This document shows positions 8,885 through 19,007 of a DNA stretch of 56,485 nt, piece by piece. Numbering within the stretch: position 1 is the stretch's first letter; every line of letters starts with the position of its first letter. Location: positions 1-56,485 of IMG/VR virus record IMGVR_UViG_3300028025_001707. One strand, 5' to 3'. The notes beneath the pieces are model-generated. The model made no database searches. It was not told the origin of the DNA and worked only from the letters and a program-made list of their open reading frames with translations. The DNA is from a virus. Its lineage: Duplodnaviria > Caudoviricetes. The position numbers and the translations under genes are program-made.

Positions 8885-11800
8885 TTACTTATATATCTTT
8901 TCTGCCTTCATTCCTTTTTTAATCTTAGCTATATCAGAAGCGTATACTTCACCTTGTATCTTTCTAAGTTTAGAGTACTCAACTGACTGTTCTTTCGTTA
9001 GACCTCCTAAAGACTCAACCCAATCTATCTCTTCTAGCACATTATCTATTTTCATCTTGCTCTTTAGAAGATCCATCTTGTAACCATCTACATCACCAGT
9101 CTCTTTCTTTATAGTCTTGTAGTCTTCCAATTGATCTTCACTCATAGCTTTCTTCTGAACGTACTTCTTGATCGACATAGCCTCAGAGTTGAACTCTCTT
9201 GGAAGAAGCCCTAAGTTATATAGTGCACTGAATGTAGTAGCAATACCCATAGCTGTTTTATCTTCAGGTAGTATTACTTTTTCTACTTTATTTCCTTTAA
9301 ACTCTTTCTCAAACTTACCAGTAGTAGTCATTGCTATCATTTCATAAAGTTCAACTGCCTTATCAAATGCGATGGTAGCTGTTCCAAGATCAATCCATTG
9401 TTTAGTTCCGTATTCTTCGAATACCATCTTTTGTGAATCCACAAACTCTTTAATGAACTTTTCTTTTTCTTTTTCAGTCATTGGATCCTTACCTCTGTTC
9501 TCTAGATATAAGTTTCTTTCCTCAACAGCTTGGTTTATATCCTCCTGACTTGCAGTTTTTTCTTGCACAAGATCAGCAATCGCATTGAAACCTTGAATAG
9601 TCAATCCGTCTGTCACAGGAAGAGGTGAGAATACATCTTTTACTAAGTTCTGTAATACAAACTTCTTTCTGTTTCTCTTGTTCTTTTCTTTTTCCTCTTC
9701 ATCATCTTCGTAACCAGTAAGTGCTGAAGCTATAGCATCGTAAACATAAAGTTTAAGTGCATATGATATTGCGTTATAAGCTGTCATCTCAGCAGTTAAT
9801 CCACCTAATGATCTAATAGCCTTCCATTTATCTTCTGCTGTTGATTGACTTAAAGTACTTAATGTTCTAATATCAGAATACAACCTAGTCTTCTGGTTCA
9901 TAATAAAGTTAGCGAACGGAAGAACAACTTTTCTAACTATCTTTTTAATAGGCTGAGGTGAATTCATAAAGTCACCCATCATTGCAGCATCAGATACGTT
10001 CTGTTGTCTATCTACCATATGCTGAGCATAGTCAGCAGCTTCTTTATTTAGCTTATGTGTAGTCCAGTCTATTTTTCCATTGTAAAGTTTTTGCTCTTTA
10101 AGTGATTGCGTATAGTACGCCTTCCATGAATTACGAGCAATCCAAACATCTGGCTGAGATAAGAACTTCTTCAACCAAAACTCATTCAATTTTTTAACGT
10201 ATCCTAGTGCCGCTGCACCTTTTGTGTCTGGAGCTTTATCTAGATATTTATTTGCACTCTCAATAGCTGTAGATGTCTCCATACCTCTATTTCCTATTGC
10301 ATATCCGCTATTATTAAGCCATGTATGGAAGTCAGTATCACTAACCATTCCAGCGAAATCCATATTTCTAACACCAGCGTTAATCATAGTACTTAAGGAT
10401 ACAGGTACAGTCTGTAGCACAGCCTGTGATGGACCACCCAATGCTCTTGTTGCACCTACTGCTGCAATAACATCTAGGTATTTATCAAGATCACCAAGAG
10501 TTGCATCAGAGAATGACATCTTATTCTTATATCTAAGTATGTAGTTCTCTACTCTTCTCTTAAGTAACTTAGCGTCCTTCTCTTCTTGAAATAACTTCTC
10601 GTATGACCGTGAGTTTAAGAATGCATCAACACGTCTAATTGCAGACGCTGTATTTACATCTATCAATGCAGACTTAAGTGATCCTGCGTTACTCATATCA
10701 AAGTCTAGGTTAACAAATCTTGTAGTTGACTTCTTACCTGTGTCTAATGATTTGAAATCTTTGTTTGATTCCATCAATACACCTGCCTTGTCTTTGTAAG
10801 AAACTAGCCCAAGATCAAGTGCGAAAGCCCCAACTTTACCAGTAGCCTCGTCAACAAGTTCTCTTTCTCCGTCAACTCTTGATAACCTGTCTGTGGTATA
10901 GTTTATATCCTTACCCAACTTTGTGTTGTACACAGACAAACTGACATCGTATAACTCAGAGTAGTGCTTAGACCATTGGTCTATCCACCAATTTACAGCA
11001 TCAGCATTAATGCTGTCAGTATTAGACTCTATCTGTTCAATCGTAACATCTCCATCAGATAAACCTAGCTTGTCAAATACCTCTTGATATAACTCAGCCA
11101 TTTTTAGTTGATCGTCATTACCGTACTCATTAAGAGTATTGATGCTTTCTTTAATTAAGCCTATCCTTCTTTTTAGCTCTGCTTTCTGTGCTCTTTCATT
11201 TCCAGGTACAGTTCTCTTTAAGTAGGCCAACATACCACGCTCATATGCGTTGTATGATGTGTTGAACGCCTGATCGTTAGGTCTTTTCTTAGCAAATGTC
11301 TCACCGTACTCATTGATAGCCTTGTTGTATATGTTCATTGCCTTTGCAGTACCATTTGACAGCAAATCAAATCCCATCTTTTTCATGATAGACATTCCAG
11401 ACTTAACACCTCTGAACATGGAATCAAAAAGTACTGGCAATGTAGCGAAGTTCTCATACAATGCACGCCCTGATACTGGACTAAATAAGAATCTAATCTT
11501 CTTAGCTTTAATCCCTTCAGCTCTAGCTTCTTTTGCTGCAACATCACCTTCGTATGTACTTATAGCTCCATCAAGCCCGTCTGTTATGCCGTTTACTATG
11601 AAGTTGTCCATTGACTCTACTATAGTGTAGGCATTCTTTATAGACATTGCATCAAGATTAACGTTCATAAGTCTCTTAAGAACTTCTCTATCTTTCTCAC
11701 TTACCTCTACTTCATCACCTGTAAATGGATCTACTTTAGTCTTAAGCATATCCTTTATTATAGTCGAGTATCTGTCAAATCTAGTGTTCAAGAATCTTCT

Positions 11801-14800
11801 GAGTTCAGTCTCTTTCTTCTCTCTATCAGTAACACTTTCTTCCTCAATTGCCTTTATTATTTCGTTGATCTCTTTAAGAGTCATGCTTCCATCAATGATA
11901 CCTAAGTCTACTAGGTCTTGATACTCCTTTAGCTTCTCGTTCTTAAGTTGCTCCTCTTGTTTTTGGAGCATATCTTCAGTGTAAGTATTAATAGCATCAA
12001 TATCAGCTGCGTTCTTTATTGCAAAGTTTGTATCATCTTTTGATCTTTTAACTGCATTAAGAACAGCATTTGCGTTTTCTATATAAGCCTCTATATCCTC
12101 AACCATTGCAGGATTAACTCTAGTGAAGTCCTTGGCCATTGCAACTACATTAGCCTGGTTATTCTTCATGAAGTTCTTTATGCTCTTTCGTACCTTTTGT
12201 GCATTTGAAAGTATGTTCTGGTACTCTGCATTTTTAAACAAACGCTCAGCGTACTGTAAGAATCTATCAACCATTACAGGATTGTCTACATTTAAGTAGA
12301 CTATCTTCTTAGCTAAAGTTGAGGCCTGATTAGCAGTGATTGTTCCTTGACGCTTCATGTTGTTGACTGCTGCAACAATCATTCTCTGCTTTCTTTTTAA
12401 ATCAATCTGTGCCTCTCTAGCTGCTTTTGCTTCTAATCTAAGCTGACTTTTAAGTGCTGTTGCTTCATTCACCACTACCTTCTTAGGTGTGGGTTTGCCA
12501 AGTACTTTAGCTACAGATGGTGCTTTCTTTATCTTACCTCCTAAAGAGCTAGTTAACTCACGTACAGCCTCTTCTCTTTGCTTATCGTTTGCATTTACAT
12601 ACCAGTCATTTTTCTTAAGGTCTGCCATAGCAGACTCTCTTGCTTTCTGCTCTGTATTGCCACGCTCTATAGATAGATCGTACTTCTCTTTGGCTTTAGA
12701 TATAACTTCGTTTAGTTCTTTTTTATATTTACCTAATGCTGTTTCAACATCTTCTTTTGTAACTCCGTTTCTAATTAGTACATTTTTTATAGCACTATCG
12801 GAATATCCATTATCTCTAGCTTTATTTATGAAGTTCTGTACATTGTCTCCTACTCTAAATCTAAGTTCAGCAGCACCTTTGCCTGCTTCCTTGGCTTTAA
12901 ATTTAGGACTTAATGCTTCACCTTTAAATAAATCAGCTAGACCTATATTTATAAAATCATCAAGAGACATCTTATCTAGATTCTCATTGAATTTTTTATC
13001 TTTAAATATTTCTTCACTAGTAACAAAGAAATTCTTTACGTACTTAAATAATGCGTTTAACCAATTTTTAAATTGTTTTTTCTTAGACTCATTAATTATT
13101 GTCTCACCTTTAGTTGCTATTAATTCAACTAATGCCTCCTCTCTAGCTAAATCATTATCACCGTACTTACTTATAGCTTGTTGTAAAGCTTTTGTTCCTT
13201 CAACTAAAGATAATCCCTTTGATAATAATGCATCTCCTTTTTTACCTGAAGCATTTGATCTAAGAAAATCAATCCATATATGGCCGAATTCATGTATAGG
13301 GGTAGCTAAAGAATCTGACTCTGGATTAAGGTATATCTTTCCATCCTTAGTCATACCAAGGATAACCTTTCCTTCAGATTCTTTTGTTCTTACGCCTTCC
13401 TCTTGAAGCACTCTATCAAATTCATCTTTACTATTTGATACTGCTACATCAGGAAAAGCAAATCTTAATTTAGCAGAAAGTAATTCAATATCATTAGTAT
13501 CTATTGAAACTTTGGCTCCTCTAAATGCTTTATCAATAAAAAATGCTCCTCCAACTTCATCTCCAATCTTTTGCTCTGAAGGAATTTCTCCTTTTTTATT
13601 TTCTTTAAATACCCTAGTTGCTTTTGCTTTCCATTCTGGGAACACATCTAGTCCATGCTTAGGATTTGATATTAATGCAATAATTTGTCCCTTGGGTCCA
13701 AACCCATAGTTACCATGTTCAACAGGTATAACACCTCCATTCAACACATCGATACCAACAACTGATACAACATTCCCTTTAGGTGTCTTCATCATTGATG
13801 GTTCAGATATATCATTGTATATTGTATCAGCTAAGAAGGCTTTTGATTTAGGATCATTCTTTGTACCAAAAAGTGCGTTTACTGTATTTTTAGAAGCAGT
13901 CTTAATTCCTTGCTGTGATATCATTAAATCAAACAATAAGCTTCTCTCTGATAATGATAGTGTATTTTTTACATCTCCCTTAGCTCTATTATTTGCATCT
14001 ATCACAATCATGTCAAATAATTGCCCAAGCGAATCAATATTATTTGATGATATAAATTCATCTAATTTATTTGCAGATTTTACAATAGGTTTTTGACTTA
14101 CTTTTTTCTTTACATTTATATCCCCCTTCAAAGCCTCTAATGCAGCACGTTGATTTTGTTCTGGTTGAGACTTTACTAATGGAGCTAGATACCTAAATAC
14201 AGCTTCATTTGAATTTACAGCAGTATCAGCCATTCTCATAATCGCCATAGGTACATGACCATTGGGTAACTTACCTTCTGCCCATAACTTATCAAATAGA
14301 TTCTTGTTGTTATTATAAAGTTCTAATGCTTCATTGTATTGTGTCTGTGCTCCTTCTTTAGTTACACCAGCCCACGCTGCATTCTTATTTTTACCAAGAA
14401 CATTATATAGTAATCCACCTTCAACATCCATTGTGTTACCAACAGAGTCTACAACCTTTCCAGCTGCCAGTGTATCTGACATGCCTACAACCATCGGTAT
14501 TCCTTCAAATGATTCTATTGTTCTTGTTTCAGCAGTCCCTTCTTTTACTTGTGACTTACTTTCTTCAATAGGATTAACTTGAATATCTTGAGATAATGTA
14601 GGTGTAACAAAATTAGCTTCGTATGCAGGTAATTTATCTAGATTAGTCTCTATACTTTCAATATCTATATCTTCTTCAGCAGGAATTTCAATACCTTCTA
14701 CTCTTAGTCTTGGCTTAGTCTCTGATTTAATCAGGCCTAAGTCTTCAGCTAATTTAGATTCAAGGTCAATCTCTTCTTCAGTAGGTTCAACTACTTCTTC

Positions 14801-17455
14801 TTGACCGACTGCTTGACCTTCTTCGGTAACGATTTGAGGTTCTGCTTCGGGTTTTCTTTCCTCCATTTCTCCGCTAACTGCGGCTTCTGGCTGTACAGGT
14901 ACTTCACCTGCTGCTTGCTTTTGAACGGCATCTTCTGATATTGTTTTAAGTTGGTTATTAATTTCGGCAATTCTTGCCTTTTGAGCTGCAACTAGATTTT
15001 CATCTTTGCCAGCTATTTCTTGCTCAAGTTTTTTTCTTTCACTAAGAAGTCTAAATGATTCTGTTTTATCAGTTACGTTATCAGGTATCTCATTTAAAAG
15101 TCCAATAGATTCATTTAGTTCCTGAACCTCAGCTCTTGCTTGTTCTTTTGTTATTTGACCAGATAACACTTTTGTTTTTACATCATCCTCAAATAACTGC
15201 TTTAAGTTAGGATCCTGTATAAGTCGTTCTAAGTTATTTACCTGATTAGCTGTTCTTACTTCTCTTGCTGTACTTAAAGTCTGAGATACACTAGACATTA
15301 CAGTACCTCCAATCATACCAAGCTTATAGCTTTCTGACATTCTGCCTACAATTTCTTTAAAAGAAGGATTTTTAAATACTTCCTCTCCTTTTATTTCATT
15401 GTATGCTGATTTAATTCCTATGTCAGCTAGCTCTTGTAATGCTTCTGTTGTTCCCTCCACATTACCTTTAGCTGTTAGACTTATAGCTCCTTTTGCAATT
15501 AACGCCTTGACACTAGAGTTGATTCTATTGTCAATCATTTCTTGAGTAGCATTTTTAGGTAAATCCTTGAATGCTTTTCCAAGTAAATAAGATGTTATAT
15601 TATATCCAGCAGGTGTCTTAGAGAACCACTTAGACATACCTAATGATTCTAATTTAGATGATACATACGCATATGCACCACTCATTAAAACTTTATCAGC
15701 TTCATCAATACCTTCAGTATTTGGATCTGAATTTATTTGATCTTTAAAGTTCATGTATGAACTAGCAAATAAACCTATTTGCTGTGGTGACAATAATGCT
15801 TTTTTAGCAATACTCTTAAGTATTTCAACTCCTGTCTTTTTAACTAATTCTTTTCCAATAGCTTTTCCAGCAATCTTTACTGCCCCTTCACCTACAGCTT
15901 TTGCTAAACCAGCTCCTCCAACTGGAACTGCTACAGATGAACCCAAAGATTCTGCTATCCCAGAAAGCACTCTTTCTAAAGCAGGTCTATCTTTACTAGT
16001 TATATACTCATCAGTAATTACACCTGGAAGTATATCTTGAAGCTCATCTTTTCTTAATGTCTCAGTACTAAATACTCTGTTTCCTTGTGAGTCGTATACT
16101 GGCTTATTATATTCGCTTATTTCAGCAAACATCCTAACTGGAGAAATAAATCCATAAGCAAAATTTGCAAGCATGTTACTTCCAAAATCACCTCTTTCTT
16201 CTTTTGCTAAGTTTGCTTCTACAACAGTCTTTTCCATCAAATCTCTGTCGTCATTTATTGACTTCAGTTCATCTGACATTTCGTTGTATTTTTGAACTAC
16301 ATCGTTCTTAATAAATGTATGCTGTTCGCTATTTAAAGCCTCTTCGTATTGCTCTTTTGTTATTAATCCATCAGAGTAATCTTTCTTTAAATTATCTTCA
16401 TACTCTTTTACTTTTCTGCTTTCTTCTTTAAGAATAACAGAGTTACCTATAAGTCTTGAAGTTTTATCTTTGAAATCTTTATCGATATCTTTTATGGTCT
16501 TATCACCAAACATAGCAGCAGACGCATACTTTCCTTTGCTTAATGCATATCCTTTTCTATAAAACTCTTGTTCTTTTATTTTTTCGTTTATCTGCTCTAA
16601 TTCTTTATCTACTTGATATACAGGTCTTTCAATACCTGACTGACGTTCAAGTAATAGCTGTTCTCTTTTTTGAACTAAATTATTGTATTCTCTAAACTCT
16701 AGGTTACCTTCAACAAATGCCTCAAGCATGTTCTTTTCAGTCTCACTTCCATCTAGATCAATAACTATATTTTGACCAGTCTTTTTATTAGTGACTTTTA
16801 ACATGTCACCCATACCAGTTTCTTCGAAGTCAAATATGTCGTACTTAGTTCCTTTAAATTTATCTACCAGATCAGTTACTGCTTGTCCTTCACTTTTGTT
16901 TACATATGAAGAAACTTCTTTTGATAAATTAGATATGTTATTTTTTTCTACAACAATAGGATCATCTTTTTCTAGTGCCTTAAAGGTTTCTTTGAAAAGT
17001 TCTTGTTGTTGTTTTTGCTCATTTGTTTGAGTTTTCCTTTGAATATTTACTTCAGGCTTAGCCTCTGGCTTCCAGGTCAAACCTTTTTCATATTCAGCAT
17101 CATACAATTTCTTAGCATCTTTCTCAAGTGCCTGAACTCTTTTATCTACATCGCCTTTCTGTAATTTTATAAAATTACCAGACCTATTATTATCTACATA
17201 CCATCCATCAGCTGCTTTCTTAAAGACAGCAAGTTGATTACCTGAAGCTGTATATAGTCCTTCAGGCTTTCCTCCAGAAGATACCGATGGCTTTTGAGTC
17301 GTTGTTTTTACTGTAGCCGATGTAATACCTTTTCCTTGAGGTGGAGAAGATAATTCCGTAGAACGTTTTTTTTTTACACCTAACACATCATTTGGTGAAG
17401 GAAGTGATGAACCACCTTTTAGTATTTGATCTGGTGACGGTAATCCGTTTGACAT
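8885..17455 (-). CDS. Giant (2856 aa) internal virion/DNA-ejection protein, polyvalent-protein-like, with a zincin HExxH motif
   Basis: Last gene of the structural operon after two ejection-type proteins; PIHEFGHIW at 13280-13294 with downstream EEALVE; mostly helical. Confidence 0.7.
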   Translation of the reverse strand: MSNGLPSPDQILKGGSSLPSPNDVLGVKKKRSTELSSPPQGKGITSATVKTTTQKPSVSSGGKPEGLYTASGNQLAVFKKAADGWYVDNNRSGNFIKLQKGDVDKRVQALEKDAKKLYDAEYEKGLTWKPEAKPEVNIQRKTQTNEQKQQQELFKETFKALEKDDPIVVEKNNISNLSKEVSSYVNKSEGQAVTDLVDKFKGTKYDIFDFEETGMGDMLKVTNKKTGQNIVIDLDGSETEKNMLEAFVEGNLEFREYNNLVQKREQLLLERQSGIERPVYQVDKELEQINEKIKEQEFYRKGYALSKGKYASAAMFGDKTIKDIDKDFKDKTSRLIGNSVILKEESRKVKEYEDNLKKDYSDGLITKEQYEEALNSEQHTFIKNDVVQKYNEMSDELKSINDDRDLMEKTVVEANLAKEERGDFGSNMLANFAYGFISPVRMFAEISEYNKPVYDSQGNRVFSTETLRKDELQDILPGVITDEYITSKDRPALERVLSGIAESLGSSVAVPVGGAGLAKAVGEGAVKIAGKAIGKELVKKTGVEILKSIAKKALLSPQQIGLFASSYMNFKDQINSDPNTEGIDEADKVLMSGAYAYVSSKLESLGMSKWFSKTPAGYNITSYLLGKAFKDLPKNATQEMIDNRINSSVKALIAKGAISLTAKGNVEGTTEALQELADIGIKSAYNEIKGEEVFKNPSFKEIVGRMSESYKLGMIGGTVMSSVSQTLSTAREVRTANQVNNLERLIQDPNLKQLFEDDVKTKVLSGQITKEQARAEVQELNESIGLLNEIPDNVTDKTESFRLLSERKKLEQEIAGKDENLVAAQKARIAEINNQLKTISEDAVQKQAAGEVPVQPEAAVSGEMEERKPEAEPQIVTEEGQAVGQEEVVEPTEEEIDLESKLAEDLGLIKSETKPRLRVEGIEIPAEEDIDIESIETNLDKLPAYEANFVTPTLSQDIQVNPIEESKSQVKEGTAETRTIESFEGIPMVVGMSDTLAAGKVVDSVGNTMDVEGGLLYNVLGKNKNAAWAGVTKEGAQTQYNEALELYNNNKNLFDKLWAEGKLPNGHVPMAIMRMADTAVNSNEAVFRYLAPLVKSQPEQNQRAALEALKGDINVKKKVSQKPIVKSANKLDEFISSNNIDSLGQLFDMIVIDANNRAKGDVKNTLSLSERSLLFDLMISQQGIKTASKNTVNALFGTKNDPKSKAFLADTIYNDISEPSMMKTPKGNVVSVVGIDVLNGGVIPVEHGNYGFGPKGQIIALISNPKHGLDVFPEWKAKATRVFKENKKGEIPSEQKIGDEVGGAFFIDKAFRGAKVSIDTNDIELLSAKLRFAFPDVAVSNSKDEFDRVLQEEGVRTKESEGKVILGMTKDGKIYLNPESDSLATPIHEFGHIWIDFLRSNASGKKGDALLSKGLSLVEGTKALQQAISKYGDNDLAREEALVELIATKGETIINESKKKQFKNWLNALFKYVKNFFVTSEEIFKDKKFNENLDKMSLDDFINIGLADLFKGEALSPKFKAKEAGKGAAELRFRVGDNVQNFINKARDNGYSDSAIKNVLIRNGVTKEDVETALGKYKKELNEVISKAKEKYDLSIERGNTEQKARESAMADLKKNDWYVNANDKQREEAVRELTSSLGGKIKKAPSVAKVLGKPTPKKVVVNEATALKSQLRLEAKAAREAQIDLKRKQRMIVAAVNNMKRQGTITANQASTLAKKIVYLNVDNPVMVDRFLQYAERLFKNAEYQNILSNAQKVRKSIKNFMKNNQANVVAMAKDFTRVNPAMVEDIEAYIENANAVLNAVKRSKDDTNFAIKNAADIDAINTYTEDMLQKQEEQLKNEKLKEYQDLVDLGIIDGSMTLKEINEIIKAIEEESVTDREKKETELRRFLNTRFDRYSTIIKDMLKTKVDPFTGDEVEVSEKDREVLKRLMNVNLDAMSIKNAYTIVESMDNFIVNGITDGLDGAISTYEGDVAAKEARAEGIKAKKIRFLFSPVSGRALYENFATLPVLFDSMFRGVKSGMSIMKKMGFDLLSNGTAKAMNIYNKAINEYGETFAKKRPNDQAFNTSYNAYERGMLAYLKRTVPGNERAQKAELKRRIGLIKESINTLNEYGNDDQLKMAELYQEVFDKLGLSDGDVTIEQIESNTDSINADAVNWWIDQWSKHYSELYDVSLSVYNTKLGKDINYTTDRLSRVDGERELVDEATGKVGAFALDLGLVSYKDKAGVLMESNKDFKSLDTGKKSTTRFVNLDFDMSNAGSLKSALIDVNTASAIRRVDAFLNSRSYEKLFQEEKDAKLLKRRVENYILRYKNKMSFSDATLGDLDKYLDVIAAVGATRALGGPSQAVLQTVPVSLSTMINAGVRNMDFAGMVSDTDFHTWLNNSGYAIGNRGMETSTAIESANKYLDKAPDTKGAAALGYVKKLNEFWLKKFLSQPDVWIARNSWKAYYTQSLKEQKLYNGKIDWTTHKLNKEAADYAQHMVDRQQNVSDAAMMGDFMNSPQPIKKIVRKVVLPFANFIMNQKTRLYSDIRTLSTLSQSTAEDKWKAIRSLGGLTAEMTAYNAISYALKLYVYDAIASALTGYEDDEEEKEKNKRNRKKFVLQNLVKDVFSPLPVTDGLTIQGFNAIADLVQEKTASQEDINQAVEERNLYLENRGKDPMTEKEKEKFIKEFVDSQKMVFEEYGTKQWIDLGTATIAFDKAVELYEMIAMTTTGKFEKEFKGNKVEKVILPEDKTAMGIATTFSALYNLGLLPREFNSEAMSIKKYVQKKAMSEDQLEDYKTIKKETGDVDGYKMDLLKSKMKIDNVLEEIDWVESLGGLTKEQSVEYSKLRKIQGEVYASDIAKIKKGMKAEKIYK
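14791..14931 (-). CDS. 46-aa basic protein nested out of frame in the giant ORF (MPFKSKQQVKYLYSQKPQLAEKWRKENPK...)
   Basis: A-rich start context; resembles MPFKS-type small phage proteins as I recall them; the host frame here is a low-complexity linker. Confidence 0.6.
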   Translation of the reverse strand: MPFKSKQQVKYLYSQKPQLAEKWRKENPKQNLKSLPKKVKQSVKKK

Positions 17456-17456
17456 A

Positions 17457-18998
17457 CTATATTACTTTTATTTTTTTCAATCTTACAGCTTCGTTAATCT
17501 GATCATCTGTCCAACCACTTTTCTTCCATTCAGCTCTAGTTGCTGATGGAATATTATCTTGTTTAGGTGCTCCATCTAATCCTTTTGATCTTCTATATTG
17601 TGTTCTACCAAGTTCATAATTAGCCTCTTGCTCAGCGACACTTTTACCATACACAGTATATTGAGCTAATCCTTTTGGACTTTTTATTATAGCAAGAGGA
17701 GATTCGTTTTTACCGTGATTTAGTCTATAAACCTGAATCGTTCCGTTCACATATCTATACTTATATGAATTGTCAAGACCACTAAGATCTGGCTGTTTTG
17801 TTTTTTTACCTTGTTCATCTAATCCAAATGCATCAAGACTAGTCATGTATCCTCTTTGATACTCATTGACTCTTTGTTGTTCTTTTTCGTCAGCAGCTGT
17901 AGTTCCATCTCCGCTAGTACGATACGTTCTAGGCTGTTCTTTTTCTATTCTCTCCTCTACACGAATCCCAACTTCTTGACGAACACCATCCTTAGCTGCA
18001 TTACGTTGCTGTTCAGTTAAGACAGGCATAATTAAACCTCTCTCATCTTGAGTAACTTGTATCAATTCAAGATCTATATCTTCAAGTTCTTTCTTTGTAA
18101 GATTTACATCTTTTAATCCAGCTTGTTGCTTAACTTGAATTTCTCTCTGTATAGCCTCGTTTCTTCTCTGATTATACTCGTCTTTTGTTCTATAATAAGT
18201 AGGAGCATTAATCACTCCGTTATCAACAAGTACACTGACTTGTGCTCTAGGATTAGCGTCAGGAGCAATAGTATTTACAACTCGCTCAACCATAACCTTG
18301 TATCCGTCTTGGTTCTTTACACTTTCGTAGTTTACTTTACCATATTGATCAAGAACAGCTGGTGAAGCAACTGGCTTCCATCCCTTTATTAAGTTATCTA
18401 CGCTTTCACCAACTTTAACCTTATCTGCACGTATGTTGTCAGGTATGTTCATTGTCCTAACGTCATATATGTCACCTATGATCTTACCTGTATTTTTATC
18501 AGTCTTAGCCATATATACACGCCCATCGTTATCAAACTGTGTGGTCATGTCTGACAAGTTTGACATATTGCCAAACATGTTATACATCTCGACTTCAAAC
18601 TCAGAGGCAGTTCCGTCTTGTTGACGTTTAATTATTTCTAAATACCTATCATCGTATGTTTTTGCTGAATTAGCTAATACTCCCCAGTACTCAGTAAGAT
18701 TATTCATCTTGTTCTTGTAGTCAACTGCGGATATCTCTCCAGCTTTAAGTTGATCGTTCCACTGTTTTATAATTGTACGTCCTTGATCTGCACCACGAAG
18801 TACTAACTGATTTAATGTCTGATTCTTTCCAGGTTGCCAACTATTAAGTAATTTCTGATTATCAGTCGCTATCTTATCAAGTTCTTCACGTTTCTTCTGA
18901 CGTTCAGCACCAACCTGATATACTTTACCAGCTAAGTCTTCAGAAAGCTCAGCCCAGTTAATCGCTTGTGTAGGTACAAATCCTGCGTATATTGCCAT
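17457..18998 (-). CDS. Probable internal virion (ejection) protein
   Basis: 513 aa, located between the pilot-like protein and the giant protein, as in podovirus ejection-gene order. Confidence 0.6.
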   Translation of the reverse strand: MAIYAGFVPTQAINWAELSEDLAGKVYQVGAERQKKREELDKIATDNQKLLNSWQPGKNQTLNQLVLRGADQGRTIIKQWNDQLKAGEISAVDYKNKMNNLTEYWGVLANSAKTYDDRYLEIIKRQQDGTASEFEVEMYNMFGNMSNLSDMTTQFDNDGRVYMAKTDKNTGKIIGDIYDVRTMNIPDNIRADKVKVGESVDNLIKGWKPVASPAVLDQYGKVNYESVKNQDGYKVMVERVVNTIAPDANPRAQVSVLVDNGVINAPTYYRTKDEYNQRRNEAIQREIQVKQQAGLKDVNLTKKELEDIDLELIQVTQDERGLIMPVLTEQQRNAAKDGVRQEVGIRVEERIEKEQPRTYRTSGDGTTAADEKEQQRVNEYQRGYMTSLDAFGLDEQGKKTKQPDLSGLDNSYKYRYVNGTIQVYRLNHGKNESPLAIIKSPKGLAQYTVYGKSVAEQEANYELGRTQYRRSKGLDGAPKQDNIPSATRAEWKKSGWTDDQINEAVRLKKIKVI

Positions 18999-19007
18999 GT
19001 CGTAATA

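Noticed and set aside
10224-17030. Long + strand ORFs such as 12489-13406
   Set aside because: Antisense shadows of the giant gene with Ser/Leu/Phe-rich composition and no start signals.
8885-17455. Giant protein as a crAss-like virion RNA polymerase
   Set aside because: I found no DxDxD catalytic motif; the nearest, LDFDMS, lacks the third Asp.
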